Assembly (NCBI GenBank): GCA_965153285.1
Contig: OZ229111.1
DNA length: 64,000 nt
Source: Podarcis tiliguerta
Taxonomy: Eukaryota
Direction: 5' to 3' (one strand)
Shown: piece by piece, positions 1 through 13,927 of the stretch
Position numbering within the stretch: the first letter of the stretch is position 1
Layout: the number at the start of each line of letters is the position of its first letter
Translations under genes and position numbers: made by a program
The notes under the pieces: generated by a model
Databases searched by the model: none
Told to the model about the DNA's origin: nothing
What the model saw: only the letters and a program-made list of their open reading frames with translations

Positions 1-184
1 TCAGCATTTCTATGCCACTTTTCAGGCCCTAAGCCCTCCCAAGACAGCTTACATACAAAATTAAAAATGTGTAGAATAGATAAAAATCAATCAATTAAAA
101 ACAAAACAAAAACACTATATAAGCAACAGCCTGGAAGATGCTCAATAGTTCAGCAGCACAGCAAGTCTAGTAAGACAATGGAAG

Positions 185-372
185 ACACTGGGATACTGTA
201 TTTTAATTTCAATCCCTTTGCTAATAATCCTAGACAAAGAAAAATTGCTGTTTTCACTGCTGCTGCACTGAGTTGACGATTTCCTTGACTTGACCACCAT
301 GACCCCAAGATATCTTTGCTGATTAATCACTGTCAGTTTAGACTCATCAAGATATATATTTTTTTGCCCCAA
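185..372 (-). mobile_element. Old CR1 LINE ORF2 remnant
   Basis: Minus-strand translation YLGVMVV..S.QC(AAA)..IISKGIE resembles the CR1 ORF2 C-terminal motif DLGV.VD..L.MS.QC..AAKKAN.ILG.I; frameshifted. Confidence 0.5.
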
Positions 373-1004
373 ATTACATTATTTTATGCCTATTTACTCT
401 GAACCTGGATAGCACCCAAGTATTCTAGCTTCTCTCGTCTCTTTCCCCTGCATAACCACTAATAATGGGCTCCTCAAAGCCAAAGGGAAGGTGAAGTCTG
501 CACTGTGCCCTTTTAGAGAGTATAAAACCTTGCACTTTATATTTAAAGGGCACAGTTAAAAATGATTCTCAGAGCATAGCCAGTTGTGCTAAAAAGAAAA
601 AGAAAAAGCAGCGAACACCCACAAATATAGCAGTGCATTTGGAACCAAATATGTCAAGAAATAGGAAAGAATTATTACAAGACTGAATTATCACTTCAGC
701 TAAAGCAATCTACTTGATAAAGGCTACTAGATGTTCCCCGATGACATATTGTTTACTTGACAGTCTCTCCCCCCCCCCTTCCTATTTCTATCTTGCTTTT
801 GGCAGGTATACGAGCTAACATTCTGTACAGAATATGAATTGTGGCAACTGCCCATGTTATAGTCAGGATTCCAGGCAGGCCTGTTGAATAGCAGAAGATC
901 AACTAGTGCAGTGGCACCAAGATCGCCCTATATTCGCTCCCCCCACTGTGTATTTGTACTCATGGCTTGGAGCTGGCTCACATACAGGATATTCTTCACT
1001 CCAA

Positions 1005-1382
1005 GGGACGCGGATGGCACTGTGGTCTAAACCACTGAGCCTCTTGGGCTTGCCGATCAGGTTGGCGGTTCAAATCCCCACGATGGAGTGAGCTCCCATT
1101 GATCTGTCCCAGCTCCTGCCAACCTAGCAGTTTGAAAGCATGCCAGTGCAAATAGATAAATAGGTACCACTGAGGCAGGAAGGTAAACAGCATTTCCATG
1201 CACTCTGGTTTCCGTCACGGTATCCCGTTGCGCCAGAAGCAGTTTAGTCATGCTGGCCACATGACCCGGAAAGCTGTCTGTGGACAAACGCCAGCTCCCT
1301 CGGCCTGAAAGCGAGATGAGCTTTGCAACCCCATAGTCGCCTTTGACTGGACTTAACCGTCCAGGGGTCCTTTACTTTTACC
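1005..1382 (+). mobile_element. Sauria SINE, subfamily A
   Basis: Starts GGGACGCGGATGGCACTGTGG, carries the core CCTGCCAACCTAGCAGTTTGAAAGCA, ends in an (ACCTTT)-like tail; ~14-bp TSD TATTC(T/A)TCACTCCA with one mismatch. Confidence 0.93.
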
Positions 1383-2746
1383 TATTCATCACTCCATAGC
1401 TGCAATGTCAAATACACGCATGTACCACCATAGATAAGACCTTCAATAGTCCTCCCTTCACCTCAGGCACAATGCTCCACATATCAGAGGCATCAGGCAG
1501 CACATTCAACTCTCTGGTGTAGGGAAATCAAATTATGTACCATTCAAGGGTCGGCAATAAAACTGGAGATGCCAGATTCGTGGGGCTCGAGGTAGAGGCA
1601 ACAGTCAAAGAGGCTAGTAACTCAAATGTCCTAGGCAGGATTCACCTACTGAGTCCCAGCAGTGGAAGCCCTGGGCAAGGGCTTCCACTCGCGCAGTAGG
1701 GCTTGTTCCTCTCTCCTCCCCATATGCACCTCATGGATGGTGGTGGTAATGCAGGAGAAACTCAGAACATCACCGTGGCGGGGAGAAGAAGGGGGACAGT
1801 TCCACCTGGCAAATTGAAATGCTAGCACTGATGGAAGAGCACAATGGAGAATTCCTCCAAGGTTTTCCAAAGGGTGACTTGAGTTTGCTTTGAGAGTAAC
1901 CATTTCAAAACGCAAGCACTGTTAAACAAGTACAATACATCCACTGACTAAGCTGCTATTTACCAGGCTCACGAAAACAGCACACAAATTGTTAATTATA
2001 GGTTACCAAAATTTACAAAATCAGCTACCACCCCCTTCAGCTCAGGCTGGGTTTCTCGGAAGGATCTGTGGTGCTACAGCTGCACATGCATTAAGGCAAC
2101 TGTTCCATGAAAAGTATGGACAAGCATGCAGAGCATTGGGGGCTTAGGTGGGCTCACCCAGCACATCCACATGCAACCCAACTGAAGGAACGTATTAAAA
2201 AGGGACGATGTCAGCTGCACCATCTACATAATCTAAGCTACAACATCACAGTACAGATTCACGTGGCCTCAAAAATAACATACCAGGCAGTGGCTGATTC
2301 ATTATGGCAGGAGGTCCCTTAATTGAATCTGCAAGCTCCACCCCTTGATCTGTCCTAAAGTAAGTCAAATCACAGCCCATAGCATTCCTAAAACAGGGGC
2401 CATCCCAAAAGGTAAAGGGGTCAGAAGCCCAGCTGCCCTCACTGTAATTGGAGAACCAACAGCTAACTCTATAAGCATTCTTGTTTGCCTAATTGTCAGG
2501 GATGGTGCCATTGTGAGTCCAGGTACACCCAAAAGCCAATGCAGTGGGTCGTAACAGGTACATACAACTCTGGGTTGAGAAGCAGCATAAGGCAGCTCCA
2601 CTAATCCCATGCTACATTGTGGGATAATGTACATACATATGACAAAGGAGCAGTATTTTGCTTTGTAAACACTACCCAAGTACTGAGAGTACGAAGTCTC
2701 TTTTGAGTTTTTAGGTGGCTTCTTTAAATAGGCAGACTACCTAGAT

Positions 2747-2873
2747 CAGGCATGGCCAAACTCGGCCCTCCAGATGTTTTGGGACTACAATTCCCACCAT
2801 CCCTGACCACTGGTCCTGTTAGCCAGGGATGATGGGGGTTGTAGTCCCAAGACATCTGGAGGGCCAAGTCTGG
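2747..2873. mobile_element. Palindromic hAT-type MITE (URR1-like)
   Basis: Inverted arms GGCCCTCCAGATGTTTTGGGACTACAA ... TTGTAGTCCCAAGACATCTGGAGGGCC; same family as 26093-26230. Confidence 0.8.
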
Positions 2874-4146
2874 TAAGCAAGGCATACACATCTCCACGTC
2901 AAGAAAAAGAAACTGCTACAACCCTTTGGGGAATGGTTGCCAGGTATACATTTCAGGAAAATGCACTGGTTCTTCTGAAAGTATTCTTCTCTTTTAGCAA
3001 CTGTACAACTCAATGTATTTCACATATCCTCCCCCACCCCATCCACCTTTGCTAAGAGGCAGGGCGGATGGGGCGGGGGCAGGAGGGAAAAGGGGAAGAA
3101 AGGAAGAGAACAAAACTGACCTTGAAGAGAAGCTTTGAGTATTTATCCATTATTGAGTCATGAATGGGAGGACAGGCAACACCTCCAGTTTCATTAAGAG
3201 GTGAAGACAGGACTAACTCCAGATCCGGATCCCTTGAGTTCTTAGCCTCAGACGAATGCTATCACCAAGCCAAACTAATGGTTCCCTATTTTAACTTCAG
3301 TCGCACTACTCCTGCCTCTAACTTCACACTTCACTGTGCAAAATGCAACCAAACTGCTGGAGGGTGTGGTGTGGACGGCTGGAAGCCCTCTCCAACAATA
3401 GGGCACTAACGGTAATTTCATGCAAGATTTCCTCTGCATTTCAATGACAAGTGCCCTTAATTCCCTTGATCCCCCCTCCAGGCTCTTAAGCAGAAATGTA
3501 AATATGCTAACGGGCATAATCACAGCCCAATTTGAGAATAGATTCTCCCACTTCCCAAGCGCCCTACAAGGTTTTTAAAATTATTCTATGGGAATAAAAG
3601 GACACCCCAGTGACGTAGTAGAGAAAAACATGACCTAGGAAATTGGCTTTAAAAGGAGAGGAAAGTTGTGGTGGTGTTTTGTTTTGTTTTGTTGGTTAAC
3701 GAATCCTGAACCTCAGATTATTTTGCTGCTTTAATTAAAGGCACATTTGCCACGGATGAGTTCACAAACAGGGTGGGTCAAAGATGCACTGCTGCTAAAC
3801 AATGGCCTGATATCTGGGGAAATCGCTACCACACAACACGGTTCAACCCATTTCTCCTTTCCTGTTTTAAACAGGATCTCATTTGAATGGGGAGGACAGA
3901 CAATTCCTGGACCAATCTGAGCAATAAAAACAACAACGAAGAGATCTCCGCCCAGCTGAAAACAAGGAAGAGGACCAGATCCTTTCCATGATTCAGCTAC
4001 CACAAACCTTTCTTGGAAGAGGAAATGGTATAAAATTTCATTCATTTAAAAGACTTCTACAGTTTTATGAAAAAAATTCAAAGAGGTGTAGAAAGCATCA
4101 GTATTAACCATAAACAATGATAGCAATAACATCTACGATATCATCT

Positions 4147-4295
4147 TGATAGCTCAGTTGATAAGAGCATGAGACTCTTAATTTCAGGGTAGGGAGTTTG
4201 AGCCCCACACTGGGCAAAAGGATTCCTGATTGCATGGGGTGGTACTAGATTATCCTTGTGGTCCCTTCCCAATCTACAGTTCTATGATTCTATGA
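4147..4295 (+). mobile_element. tRNA-Lys(CTT)-derived SINE with CR1 3' tail
   Basis: Head TAGCTCAGTTGATAAGAGCATGAGACTCTTAAT resembles tRNA-Lys(CTT); tail ends in (TTCTATGA)n, typical of CR1. Confidence 0.85.
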
Positions 4296-4570
4296 CTGTC
4301 TCGTTGACTATTCTCTATAACGTTGCCCTGTTCACAGTTGTAAAGAATATTCTTTGGTTATGAATGGTCTGTGTCACCATGAAGAAAAAGAGGTTGGAAT
4401 AGGTCAATATATATGTGGGCTTGTCCCTGGATCAAGTGGCTTTCCCCCCTTTAAGTTCTCAAGTTCTCAACCTGGATCAAGGTTCTCATCTGAACTAGCC
4501 AGGTGTTTTAACTGAGAATCAATCACAGTCAGTCCATCATTTGAAAAACAAGACATTAGAGCCATCTTAC

Positions 4571-4637
4571 CCAAAAATGACTCCGCTTTGGTGACTGTAG
4601 CTGTTTAAGGAGCCATTTGGCACCTAGCTTATATATC
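4571..4637 (-). promoter_or_regulatory. Candidate TATA promoter and short non-coding first exon
   Basis: Minus strand: TATATAAG (4635-4628), followed about 57 nt later by the strong donor TGG|GTAAGA at 4571/4570; same orientation as the other candidate exons. Confidence 0.3.
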
Positions 4638-5352
4638 TGAGTTTCTAACACTGATTTCTAGCCCCTCATTCTCTCTCTCTTTCTCTCTCTCTCTCGCGCA
4701 CACAGTAGCATTCAGTAAACCTCTCTCTCTGCAGTCAGCCCATAGTGATTAAGTACCATCCAGGTTGTACGTTTCGCATGCTTTAGATTGCTTTGACCCA
4801 AGATGAACCCGAGGGCTGGAAGCATCGCCCTGCTAGCAGGAAGTCAGATAACATTCAAGTGCTGAGGTAATGCCCCTAGTAAATCACAAGCGCAGAATTT
4901 GCTGGACAGCTCCGGAGCTGCAGAAAGAGGAGCGCAGAGCTCTCAAAGGACTTCTGGCCTGGTCTATGAGAAATCTCTCTCTGCAGTGCCTCTTGAGTAC
5001 CGAGAAGAATGAGCAAAAGGATATACGGTATTGATCAGGTAGCTGTGAAGCAGGTGGGATATTCTGTTTTCACTCTGCCCTTTCCTTGAATATGACTGGC
5101 TTGGGAAGGATTATAGTCTCATCTGTGCAAGGTAGAGGCAAAGGTTGGAAGGATAAAACTGCTGCGGCAGCTGGTACCCTCTGATCCCAAAAAGCTGCCT
5201 CCATGAAGGCCAGACTATTTGTTCACCCAGTGTGGTCTACTCTGATCGGTGCTGGTGGTGGCTCACCAGAGTCTATGGCAGAGGTTTTTTCATATCGCTT
5301 GCTAGCCAGAGATCCAAAGAATTGAAGCCAAGGCATTCTGATTGCCCAAAGG

Positions 5353-5798
5353 AACATAGGAAGCTGCCTTATATTGAGTCAGACCAGGGGTAGGCAACCT
5401 AAGGCCCATGGGCTGGATCCGGCCCAATCGCCTTCTCAATCCGGCCCATGGATGGTCCGGGAATCAGTGTATTTTTACATGAGTAGAATGTGTCCTTTTA
5501 TTTAAAATGCATCTCTGGGTTATTTGTGGGGCATAGGAATTTGTTCATATTTTTTTTCAAAATATAGTCCGGCCCACCACATGGTCTGAGGGACGGTGGA
5601 CCGGCCCACGGCTGAAAAAGGCTGCTGACGCCTGAGTCAGACCATTGGGCCATCTAGCTCAATATTTTCTGCTGGAAGGAGCTCTCCAGGATTTCAGGAA
5701 GGCACATTTGCTCGTCATACCAGAAGCTGTTGAGGAATGGACCTGGAACTTTCAGCATGCAAACCTGATACCCTACCACTGATGATGTACAGTCCTTC
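5353..5798 (-). mobile_element. Old tRNA-derived SINE (Squam2-like), interrupted by a hAT MITE
   Basis: AACATAGGAAGCTGCCTTATATTGAGTCAGAC|CATTGGGCCATCTAGCTC is continuous across the insert; degenerate tRNA-like head near 5740-5790. Confidence 0.55.
5385..5634. mobile_element. hAT (Charlie-like) non-autonomous DNA transposon, 250 bp
   Basis: CAGGGG...CCTG termini with a perfect 8-bp TSD AGTCAGAC (5377-5384 and 5635-5642); second copy at 39715-39956. Confidence 0.9.
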
Positions 5799-5856
5799 CA
5801 GTGGGCTCAACTACTGAGATATGGTTCCTCCCTAATTAGTTTTTGATGGATGACTT

Positions 5857-5998
5857 AGAATCATGGAATCATGATTGGAAGGGACCACAAGGGTTATGTA
5901 GTGCGACCCGCCTGCAATGCAGGAAACTTTTGCCCAACCTGAGGCTTGAACCCACAAACCTGAGTTTTAAGAGTCTCATGCTCTACTGACTGAGCTAT
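5857..5998 (-). mobile_element. tRNA-Lys-derived SINE with CR1 tail
   Basis: Reverse complement reads TAGCTCAGTCAGTAGAGCATGAGACTCTTAA...GGGCAAAAG..CCTGCATTGCAGG...(TTC(C/T)ATGA)n. Confidence 0.85.
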
Positions 5999-7447
5999 TA
6001 CGCCTTCTGTCTGGTTTTCCTAGATCTTGGGCCAGGAAGAGAGGAACTGTGGCTCTTCAAACCTATTGGACTCTCAACTCCCATCAGTTCTAGGTGACAC
6101 AGCCAGCGATCAGGGATGATGGAAGCTGGAGCCCAACAACATTTGGAGGGCCACAGACTCCCCACTCTGTTGTCTTAGGCAATCCACCCAAACTACAAGG
6201 TCCATCCTTTTTTCTTTTTTTAAAAAATGCTGCTGAGATATCTAGGGCCATCATGTTCCTCCAGCTGACACAGATCAAACACCAATGGAACTAAAGCAAT
6301 TCCATTCCCAGGTCAGAAGCTACACCGGAAGGAATGGCAAAAAAAATTTTTTACATTATCCAGGACTACAGGTTTAATGACCTTCCCTCCAAAAGGATCA
6401 AATGTGAGAGGCTGACCCTGCTCAGAATATGATGTTTCCCCTCCCAGGAGGAATCTAGCAACCACTTCCTTCCCAGACCACTCCCTGCACAGGCCCAAGA
6501 ACCTCTGTAAGATAGGAAGAGGCAATAAGACGCAGAGCAAAAGTTTAAATCACAATTATACTAAAAGGGGGGAAAGAGGCAAGGGATAGAACATGACAAG
6601 ACGCCAAAAAGTATGATTTAAAAGCAGAGAACAAAACCATGCAGTGCTAAAACCAATTTAATACAGGGGCAGCCAGTAAAATCCACTGAGCTAAACAAGA
6701 ACAGAACTAGCGCGTGATTTATAAAGGCCTAGGGAAATAAATAGGTATAGGCCATGTGCCCAGATGATATTAAGGCTGGCCACCAGGTGGGTCTCTCCAG
6801 AGAGCCTGTTCCACAACTGGAAGAGATGCCACTGAGGACATATAAGGACCCAAGCGTGAAGAAGAAGGCTGCAGTGATGCCTATTTGGATTAGAACAGGT
6901 GCCACACTCTGTGTGTCTGTGTGTGTGCGCACGTGCACACAGGCATGTGTGCATTAAAATTAAAGCAAATTCTACCCAGGGATCACTGGCAATAAATTTC
7001 CTCTTCAAAGAGTGGGTGGTTAATAGAGCTGAAGGGCAGCAAGGAGACGTCTTCGGTTTGGCTGTTTGTTTTAAGACTAAAGGACATATTTGCAGGCCTA
7101 GCCCTCCTTACTCCGCTCCTTCCTCATCGATTATTTATGTGAGTCCATTAAAACTAATGGAAATAGGAATAGGATAAGACGTGGAACGGATTTCAGCTCC
7201 CAAGTTAGAAACGGAGGCTTTGCTTTCACTGAGGCTCAGTACGCAACAGGGTACATGCTCAGCGCTTGCCTCTCTAACCTTTGACCTCTGTGTCTCGCAG
7301 CACGAAAAGGATGCCAGCAGAGCTACAGCCGGAAACTACTAATTATCTGCTCCGAGCAGATAAAAAATGGGATCCAGGTAGGAAATTTTACAGTGTTCAA
7401 AGCACATCGTATGCACCAGGCTTCCCCAACCTGGTGCCCTCCAAGTG

Positions 7448-7813
7448 TAAAGGTAAAAGTAAAGGTACCCCTGCCCTTACGGGCCAGTCTTGACAGACTC
7501 TAGGGTTGTGCGCCCATCTCACTCAAAGAGGCCGGGGGCCAGCACTGTCCGAAGACACTTCCTGGTCACGTGGCCAGCGTGACATTGCTGCTCTGGCGAG
7601 CCAGAGCCGCACACGGAAACGCCGTTTACCTTCCCGCTAGTAAGCGGTCCCTATTTATCTACTTGCACCCAGGGGTGCTTTCGAACTGCTAGGTTGGCAG
7701 GCGCTGGGACCGAACAACGGGAGCGCACCCCGCCGCGGGGATTCAAACTGCCAACCTTTCGATCGGCAAGCCCTAGGTGCTGAGGCTTTTACCCACAACG
7801 CCACCTGTGTCCC
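7448..7813 (-). mobile_element. Sauria SINE, subfamily B
   Basis: (AAAGGT)n tail on the + strand plus diagnostic core; near-identical to 11859-12218 and 34393-34753; no clear TSD. Confidence 0.93.
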
Positions 7814-10800
7814 TGAAGACTGCCATACCTTTCCCCAATAAACCTTACAACAGCACTGGAAGGTAGGCCAGCGTTATGCAATCAGGAATTGTGGCTGGGG
7901 GGTGGGACACATTCAGTGATGGCTAAGAGCCACCTAGTAAGTTTACAGGTGAGGTGACATTTGAATGTGGTCCTTTCCAAATCACACTTTTTACCAGAAA
8001 AGTGGGGTAGGAGTTGCCTTTCATGTTGTGTTGTTGGATGAGTGTTTTAGGGATTTTGCCTTGTGCATTGTTTCAAATCTTCTGGTTTTTTTAAATGATT
8101 TTATTTTATCTGCTTTAAACTTTTTCTGTATAACGAGGCTAGCAAAGGGAGAAGAAGAGGAGAGAGAAAATGTGAGAAAAAAGGGAACTTTTGTACTGAG
8201 ATGGATTCATTTTAGAACACTGAAGAGAGCCTTCTCCCAGAATACTTGTGCTAGCTGAATGCAATATGGAACAAAGTATGCCTCCCTTTCCACCTGCCCA
8301 CCATAATATATCCTATGGAAAAATGTTAATAATGACTCTCATTCTCTGCTAGGAACAAACTGCAGAAGCAGAGTTAAAGCAAACTGAACCTAGATATTCA
8401 AGCTCAGTTGAATGGTATCCATTGGCATGCCTTGGCTGTTGAGCTCCCATGCAGCTGGCACTCTGAGCTGTCCCAGGAGATTAGTCCTCTCTGGATGCAG
8501 ACCTAGACTAGACAGACCAATGGCCTGACTCTGTAATAAAGCAGCTTTAAACGGGCTTCCAACTCCACTGATCCCTGTCTATCACCTTGGCAGATCTCCC
8601 AGCCTATGACTCCCATGAGGAAAAATACCTGACATTTCCAGGGATGCTGCCCTTTCTCTTTAATGCTATAGCTGTCGAACCCAGAGAATGGGCAGTGGTT
8701 TCTCCCTTAGGAAAGAGCAAAATTAAGAGTAAGTTGTTTCTCAGTTCAGGCTATTTCCTCTTCAGCAATGTAAACACTGCTGAGCACAATCAAAGCAATT
8801 TGGAATAGGGAACACATTTCCTGGGGGCAGGTGGGATTTTCAGCTACTTTGAAGTCTTTAGGTGACTTTCAGCCAGCTTTGCGATGGGCTCAGCCTGAGG
8901 CTGTGGATGTGAGCAATATGTGGTGGCTCCAACTGCTTCAGATTTCCTGCTCTAGTAGTCACAAAGGGGTGCAGCCGGACTGCCCTGGCTGGCCAGTTTG
9001 GAAGGTAAGGGAAGTCCCCAGTGGATGGAGCTGGAAGAGCAACAATGACATGTCATTCCCTGAAATATGAGACGGGGCAAAGCTGGCAGGTGGAGGCAAT
9101 GTGGCAAAGGAAGGTGGGCTGACTGCTTGCATCCTTAGAGGGAAGTGAACCTAGCAGAGGGCAATATTAGCTTAGTGGAGAAGCTACTGAAGAAGAGAGG
9201 TAATCCTGGCAAGGCTCAAGAGGAAACGAGAAAAGGGATTGGTGTTACCTCCCGCCTCCCAGCAGGCATTGGCCCTTTGCCATCACACACTTTTTAACAG
9301 CCTTCCCACTAGGGATATGGATGGATTCTGATGAAAACAGAAAAGGATGCAGAAATGACTGTGTTTGTGTGTACATCTGCAATTGTCAGAAAGGGAAATC
9401 AGCCAAGTGAATGCAATTGTTCACATCATGGCTGTGCTTTTTTTATGCCTGCGAACAATACCTAATTTTGTTATTGTTCTAAATTGGTATTTACTGTGCA
9501 CTGAAATGAATGCCAGGTATGTACATTATATGAAAAATTACATAAACTTTGCAAATTATGTAACTTATGTTAAATAGTGGGCAGTGAAGCCAATTATGTT
9601 TGGCAGAAACTGAACTGCAGAGGAATGGGAACGTTGGTAATTGTGACAAAAACAAGGTGGGATGGAAATCACTGCCTTGTTGTACCCCTGCTCCCCACCA
9701 AGAGAAAAATTCTCTCTCCCCCCTTTAGATCTGGGAGTGTGGAGTCTTTGCACAGATCTTCTCTAAGAATGCTTATTCTGCTAGTTTTTTTGGGGGAAGC
9801 AGAAAAACCATTTTGCTTTCTATTACAGTTTTTTAAAAATATCACGTGAACCATTCTGGCTGCCTCAAAGGCCGTTTAAATGGGAAACCCCTCCTGTCAA
9901 CCCTGAAGATTGCCCCATATAAAAGGCTGCATCAACATATTCCCCTTATGGTCTAAAGGAGCAGCTGCAGAAAATTAATTCACCATTCCCCCACCCCGCA
10001 ACAATAAGCTTTTGTTTTTTAAATCCAAATCTGAAGAGGCAGAAAATTCTATTTATTTATTTTAAATCCTGCCTGCAATACTCACTTTCCCCTGCTTTTG
10101 TAACCTCTTCATATTGATATGGAAAACAACCCTAGTGGAGGTTTTATGGGGGCCAACTAGCTTTTCTGAGTCCAGCCTTTAAATGAGGGTTTGTGTGTGC
10201 CTGGAATAGATGGCTTCTCATCTTCGGGGTTCGTGTTCTTCTTCATCTTCCCTCCCTCCCTCCCAATGTCACTGGAGTGTTCATTCTGTGCACAGATTGG
10301 AGTGGACAGTTTCTCTGTCCAAGGAAGAGGTCCTTTGATCAAATACACAACATGTAAATCACACTGACAGCTGCATATGCTTACACCCAGCCACTTCTTA
10401 AGACTCTTCACAATAAAGGATAATGTATGGAACAAACCACTCTCACTTGGCCAAGTCAGAGTGAAAATATACATACATATTTTAGGAGCTGTAAGGCTGG
10501 TCTGAAAAGGCTCTCAGCTCTCATCCCCCTTTTCTGTCCCAGGGAGACTTCTGCAACACCAGTTCAGCAAGTTTTTCAACATCATTAAATGGAGTAAATT
10601 GAAAGGTAGCTGCGAAGTTACGCATCGGATGGTGAACACAGCGTCAACCAAGACATTTCTCCCCCGGTCGCTATAGCCGTTTCACCATTGTTTCTGCAAA
10701 ATGTTTTAATAAAAGTTGGTGGCCAACATTTATGCACACAAAGGGGAGCATTAAACTAAACAACTGAACTTGTCCAAGGGTTGTCACTAGTGCAATGGGA

Positions 10801-11043
10801 CTTCCTCTCCTTCTCCCCACAAGCCTGGGCTATCTCCAGATATTTTCTGGAGTGTTGGGGCAATCTCTGGAACAGATTTTGGGTTTGCATGGAGTGGGGA
10901 AGAGAAATCCTTGCACCGATGGAACATTCACCTTAGTGCCTTGCTAAACAATAATTTATTTGCTTTTGTTTTTAATGGACAGCCTCTCTGAAGCATAAGA
11001 GGAGGTGCAAGAACTATGGTTGCACTGCAGAATTTGTGTGCTG

Positions 11044-11481
11044 CACATACACAGCCCAACAGGACAATGACAATAATCCACCAACAGCATACAAATCAAT
11101 ATGGCTAACCTGATCCAAAACACCCACCCACCTCACTCACACACGAAAACAAAGATCACCACAGCCAATCACAAGCAAACAATCACACCCTAGGCCAACC
11201 CCAACCTCTCTCACCACCAAAGGAACACAAGTGAACAACACAAACAACGCTGACCCCAAACTCTACATACATTAAACATAATAGAAACACCGCCACCCGA
11301 CCCCACCCCCTTCCATCTTCCCTCTCTCCATCCCCCCTTTCTTTTTTCTTTTCTTCTCCCCCTAATGCCTCAACAAATGAAATGGATTTGTAAAAATGTT
11401 ACATGGAAAAACAACAACGAGGCATTACACTTACTTCTGTAAAACAAGAAAACCCTTAATAAAAATTAATTTTTAAAAAAA
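11044..11481 (+). mobile_element. 5'-truncated poly(A) retroelement 3' end (probably L1/Tx1 clade)
   Basis: Perfect 15-bp TSD AGAATTTGTGTGCTG (11029-11043, 11482-11496), AATAAA plus A-rich tail, AC-rich body; a 5' frame ends ...YKSIWLT*. Confidence 0.8.
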
Positions 11482-11858
11482 AGAATTTGTGTGCTGAAGC
11501 CCTTTGCTCCTGTGCTTTAAAAAACATACAAACGAACAGAACATGGAGAAACCAGAAACGATCTGCCTTCAGTCTCTACAGGCTTTTCACTTGCTGATTG
11601 CAAAGGCTCAGGCTTGCTATGGCAGACCAGGCAACCCCCCAAGCCAATTGGTTGGCAACTTCATGCTGGGGGAGAGGTGGCGATGCTACTTTTCGGATGG
11701 GGCTGAGGGATAATGGCTTGCTTGTAGCATGCCGCCTTCCATTTAAAGAGCACCACTTTGCATATACACAGCAAAATCCTATTCACGTTTACTTAGAAGG
11801 AAGTCCCACTGGGGTCTTTCTCAACAAGGTTTCCTCCCTAGGAACTGTATTTAGGATA

Positions 11859-12218
11859 AAAGGTAAAGGTACCCCTGCCCGTACGGGCCAGTCTTGACAG
11901 ACTCTAGGGTTGTGCGCCCATCTCACTCAAAGAGGCCAAGGGCCAGCGCTGTCCGAAGACACTTCCGGGTCACGTGGCCAGCGTGACATCGCTGCTCTGG
12001 CAAGCCAGAGCCGCACACGGAAACGCCGTTTACCTTCCCGCTAGTAAGTGGTCCCTATTTATCTACTTGCACCCAGGGGTGCTTTCGAACTGCTAGGTTG
12101 GCAGGCGCTGGGACCGAACAACGGGAGCGCACCCCGCCGCGGGGATTCGAACCGCCGACCTTTCGATCGGCAAGCCCTAGGCACTGAGGCTTTAACCCAC
12201 AGCGCCACCCGCGTCCCC
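11859..12218 (-). mobile_element. Sauria SINE, subfamily B (young, full length)
   Basis: Perfect 12-bp TSD GTATTTAGGATA; CpGs retained. Confidence 0.95.
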
Positions 12219-13927
12219 GTATTTAGGATAGCAGGCTAAAAAAAATTTTTCCTTTACATTAATTCAGTAATCCCTACAAAAGGAGCGCTGTAGTAAGTTC
12301 AGTATTAATCATCTTTACATTGTAAAGAGGGGGGCCAATGGGACCAAAGTTCTGTGAGGACTAAACTATACAATTCCCAGAATTCTTTGGGGGAAGCCAT
12401 GGCTGTCAAAAGTGGTGGATGAAACCTAAATTACAAGTGAATGACCTGCTATTGACCGCTGATAAGGGGGGGGGGAATCCACCCATCTTCGCTCCTAGGT
12501 TTCTGGGAGGCAGCACTAACACTTAGATGATTTGAGAGAGGCTATTCTGGAAAACACTATGGGCATAAAAGAACGGCTGTTTTCCGAGAGGTCCTTCTGG
12601 AAATGTTCACTCATTTGTCCTATAGTGATCCCATAGCTTCTCTACCTGAAATTTGGCATGATCAGAAATCAGCACTGGGTAGAGGCTGTCATCACGTTCC
12701 CCATACGGTTTTTGCCAAGGGTTGGGTTTCAAAATCCATGGAAGCAGCTTGAACCTCAAGAGCCTCTGAAAGCAGCCTGAATCTCATGTGACGGCTTTAC
12801 ACATCTCCTCCACTGAGACTAGGGGTTCGTCCACACTGGAGTTTAATGTGGGTTTGAAGCTGTTTGCGCCTCTTACTTTTTTTATTTTTATTTTTAAATG
12901 CAGCATCCACACAATTACAGCATGTGCAGATAAACCAATAAGGGAGGGGGGTAATCTAATATAAAATCGCATTGTGCTAGACTGTGGATACACTGCAGTG
13001 CATTGTGTGGATGGAGTTTTGTTGTGTTTTAAGTATGCAGCGACGTTTCATTGGATTCCACCTATCACAATAGCCTCTTCTTCCATTTTGTTTGCATCCG
13101 CCCAAAGGACTGAACGCAACCTACCTTTCTCCACCCCACCTCCGGTTGTCACCGAAGGCAAATTTGCAGTATTTTTAAAACAGTTACCTTGTGCAGAATT
13201 TCTTTTCCACAAAACAGCTGTGTTAAAAATAAAACTTGCCTCTGCAGGTAACAGGAGGCGAGGAAAGGAAGTGGCAACTTTTCATGACAGTGATCTCAAA
13301 TCCTTGCCTGGCTCAGAGCACAAATTTTTTCCTGCTCCTTTTTGAAAATCTTGGGGGTTTTTTGGGGTTTTTTTAAGGTGCATGTGTACAGGTAGATGAA
13401 TTACTGTGTGCATGCCCACAATGGATCTCAGTTTTACTGGCCTGAAGTGACACACATATGAGAGAGAGAGAGAGAGAGATGGATAGATGACAGATAGCTC
13501 TTTTGTGAAAATCTGGTAGATTGAAACACTTATATTTAAAAATTAAAATTATTGGGAGGGGTTAAAAATGTGCTGCAAAGGTATACAATACTTGCCCCAA
13601 GGCCCACAACAGAACTTGGGTTTGTGGAATTTATGGGGAGTGGGGAAATACTAATTGAGGGGAGGGAACAACAACACACCGTGTACATACATCCCCATCA
13701 AGCTCCATCCACTAGTGTGAACACAGGAAGCATCGGGATGGATTTCAGAGGCATAAAACTGAAAGCATTCATGTGTGAATGAAGGTGCAGAAACAGACAC
13801 ATGGAAGCAGTGATCCTGAACACATTAACACCCTACCAAGCGGGGGCAAGTGTATGTGGCTGACTTAATTCCTAAGTCTTCTAAGCAGGTGTGGATATTG
13901 GTTAGGAGAGATTTCATTGCTCAAAAA

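Noticed and set aside
1645-1700. Hairpin with a 12-bp perfect stem (miRNA-like)
   Set aside because: Stem too short, and the sequence resembles an old palindromic repeat also seen near 10775-10925.
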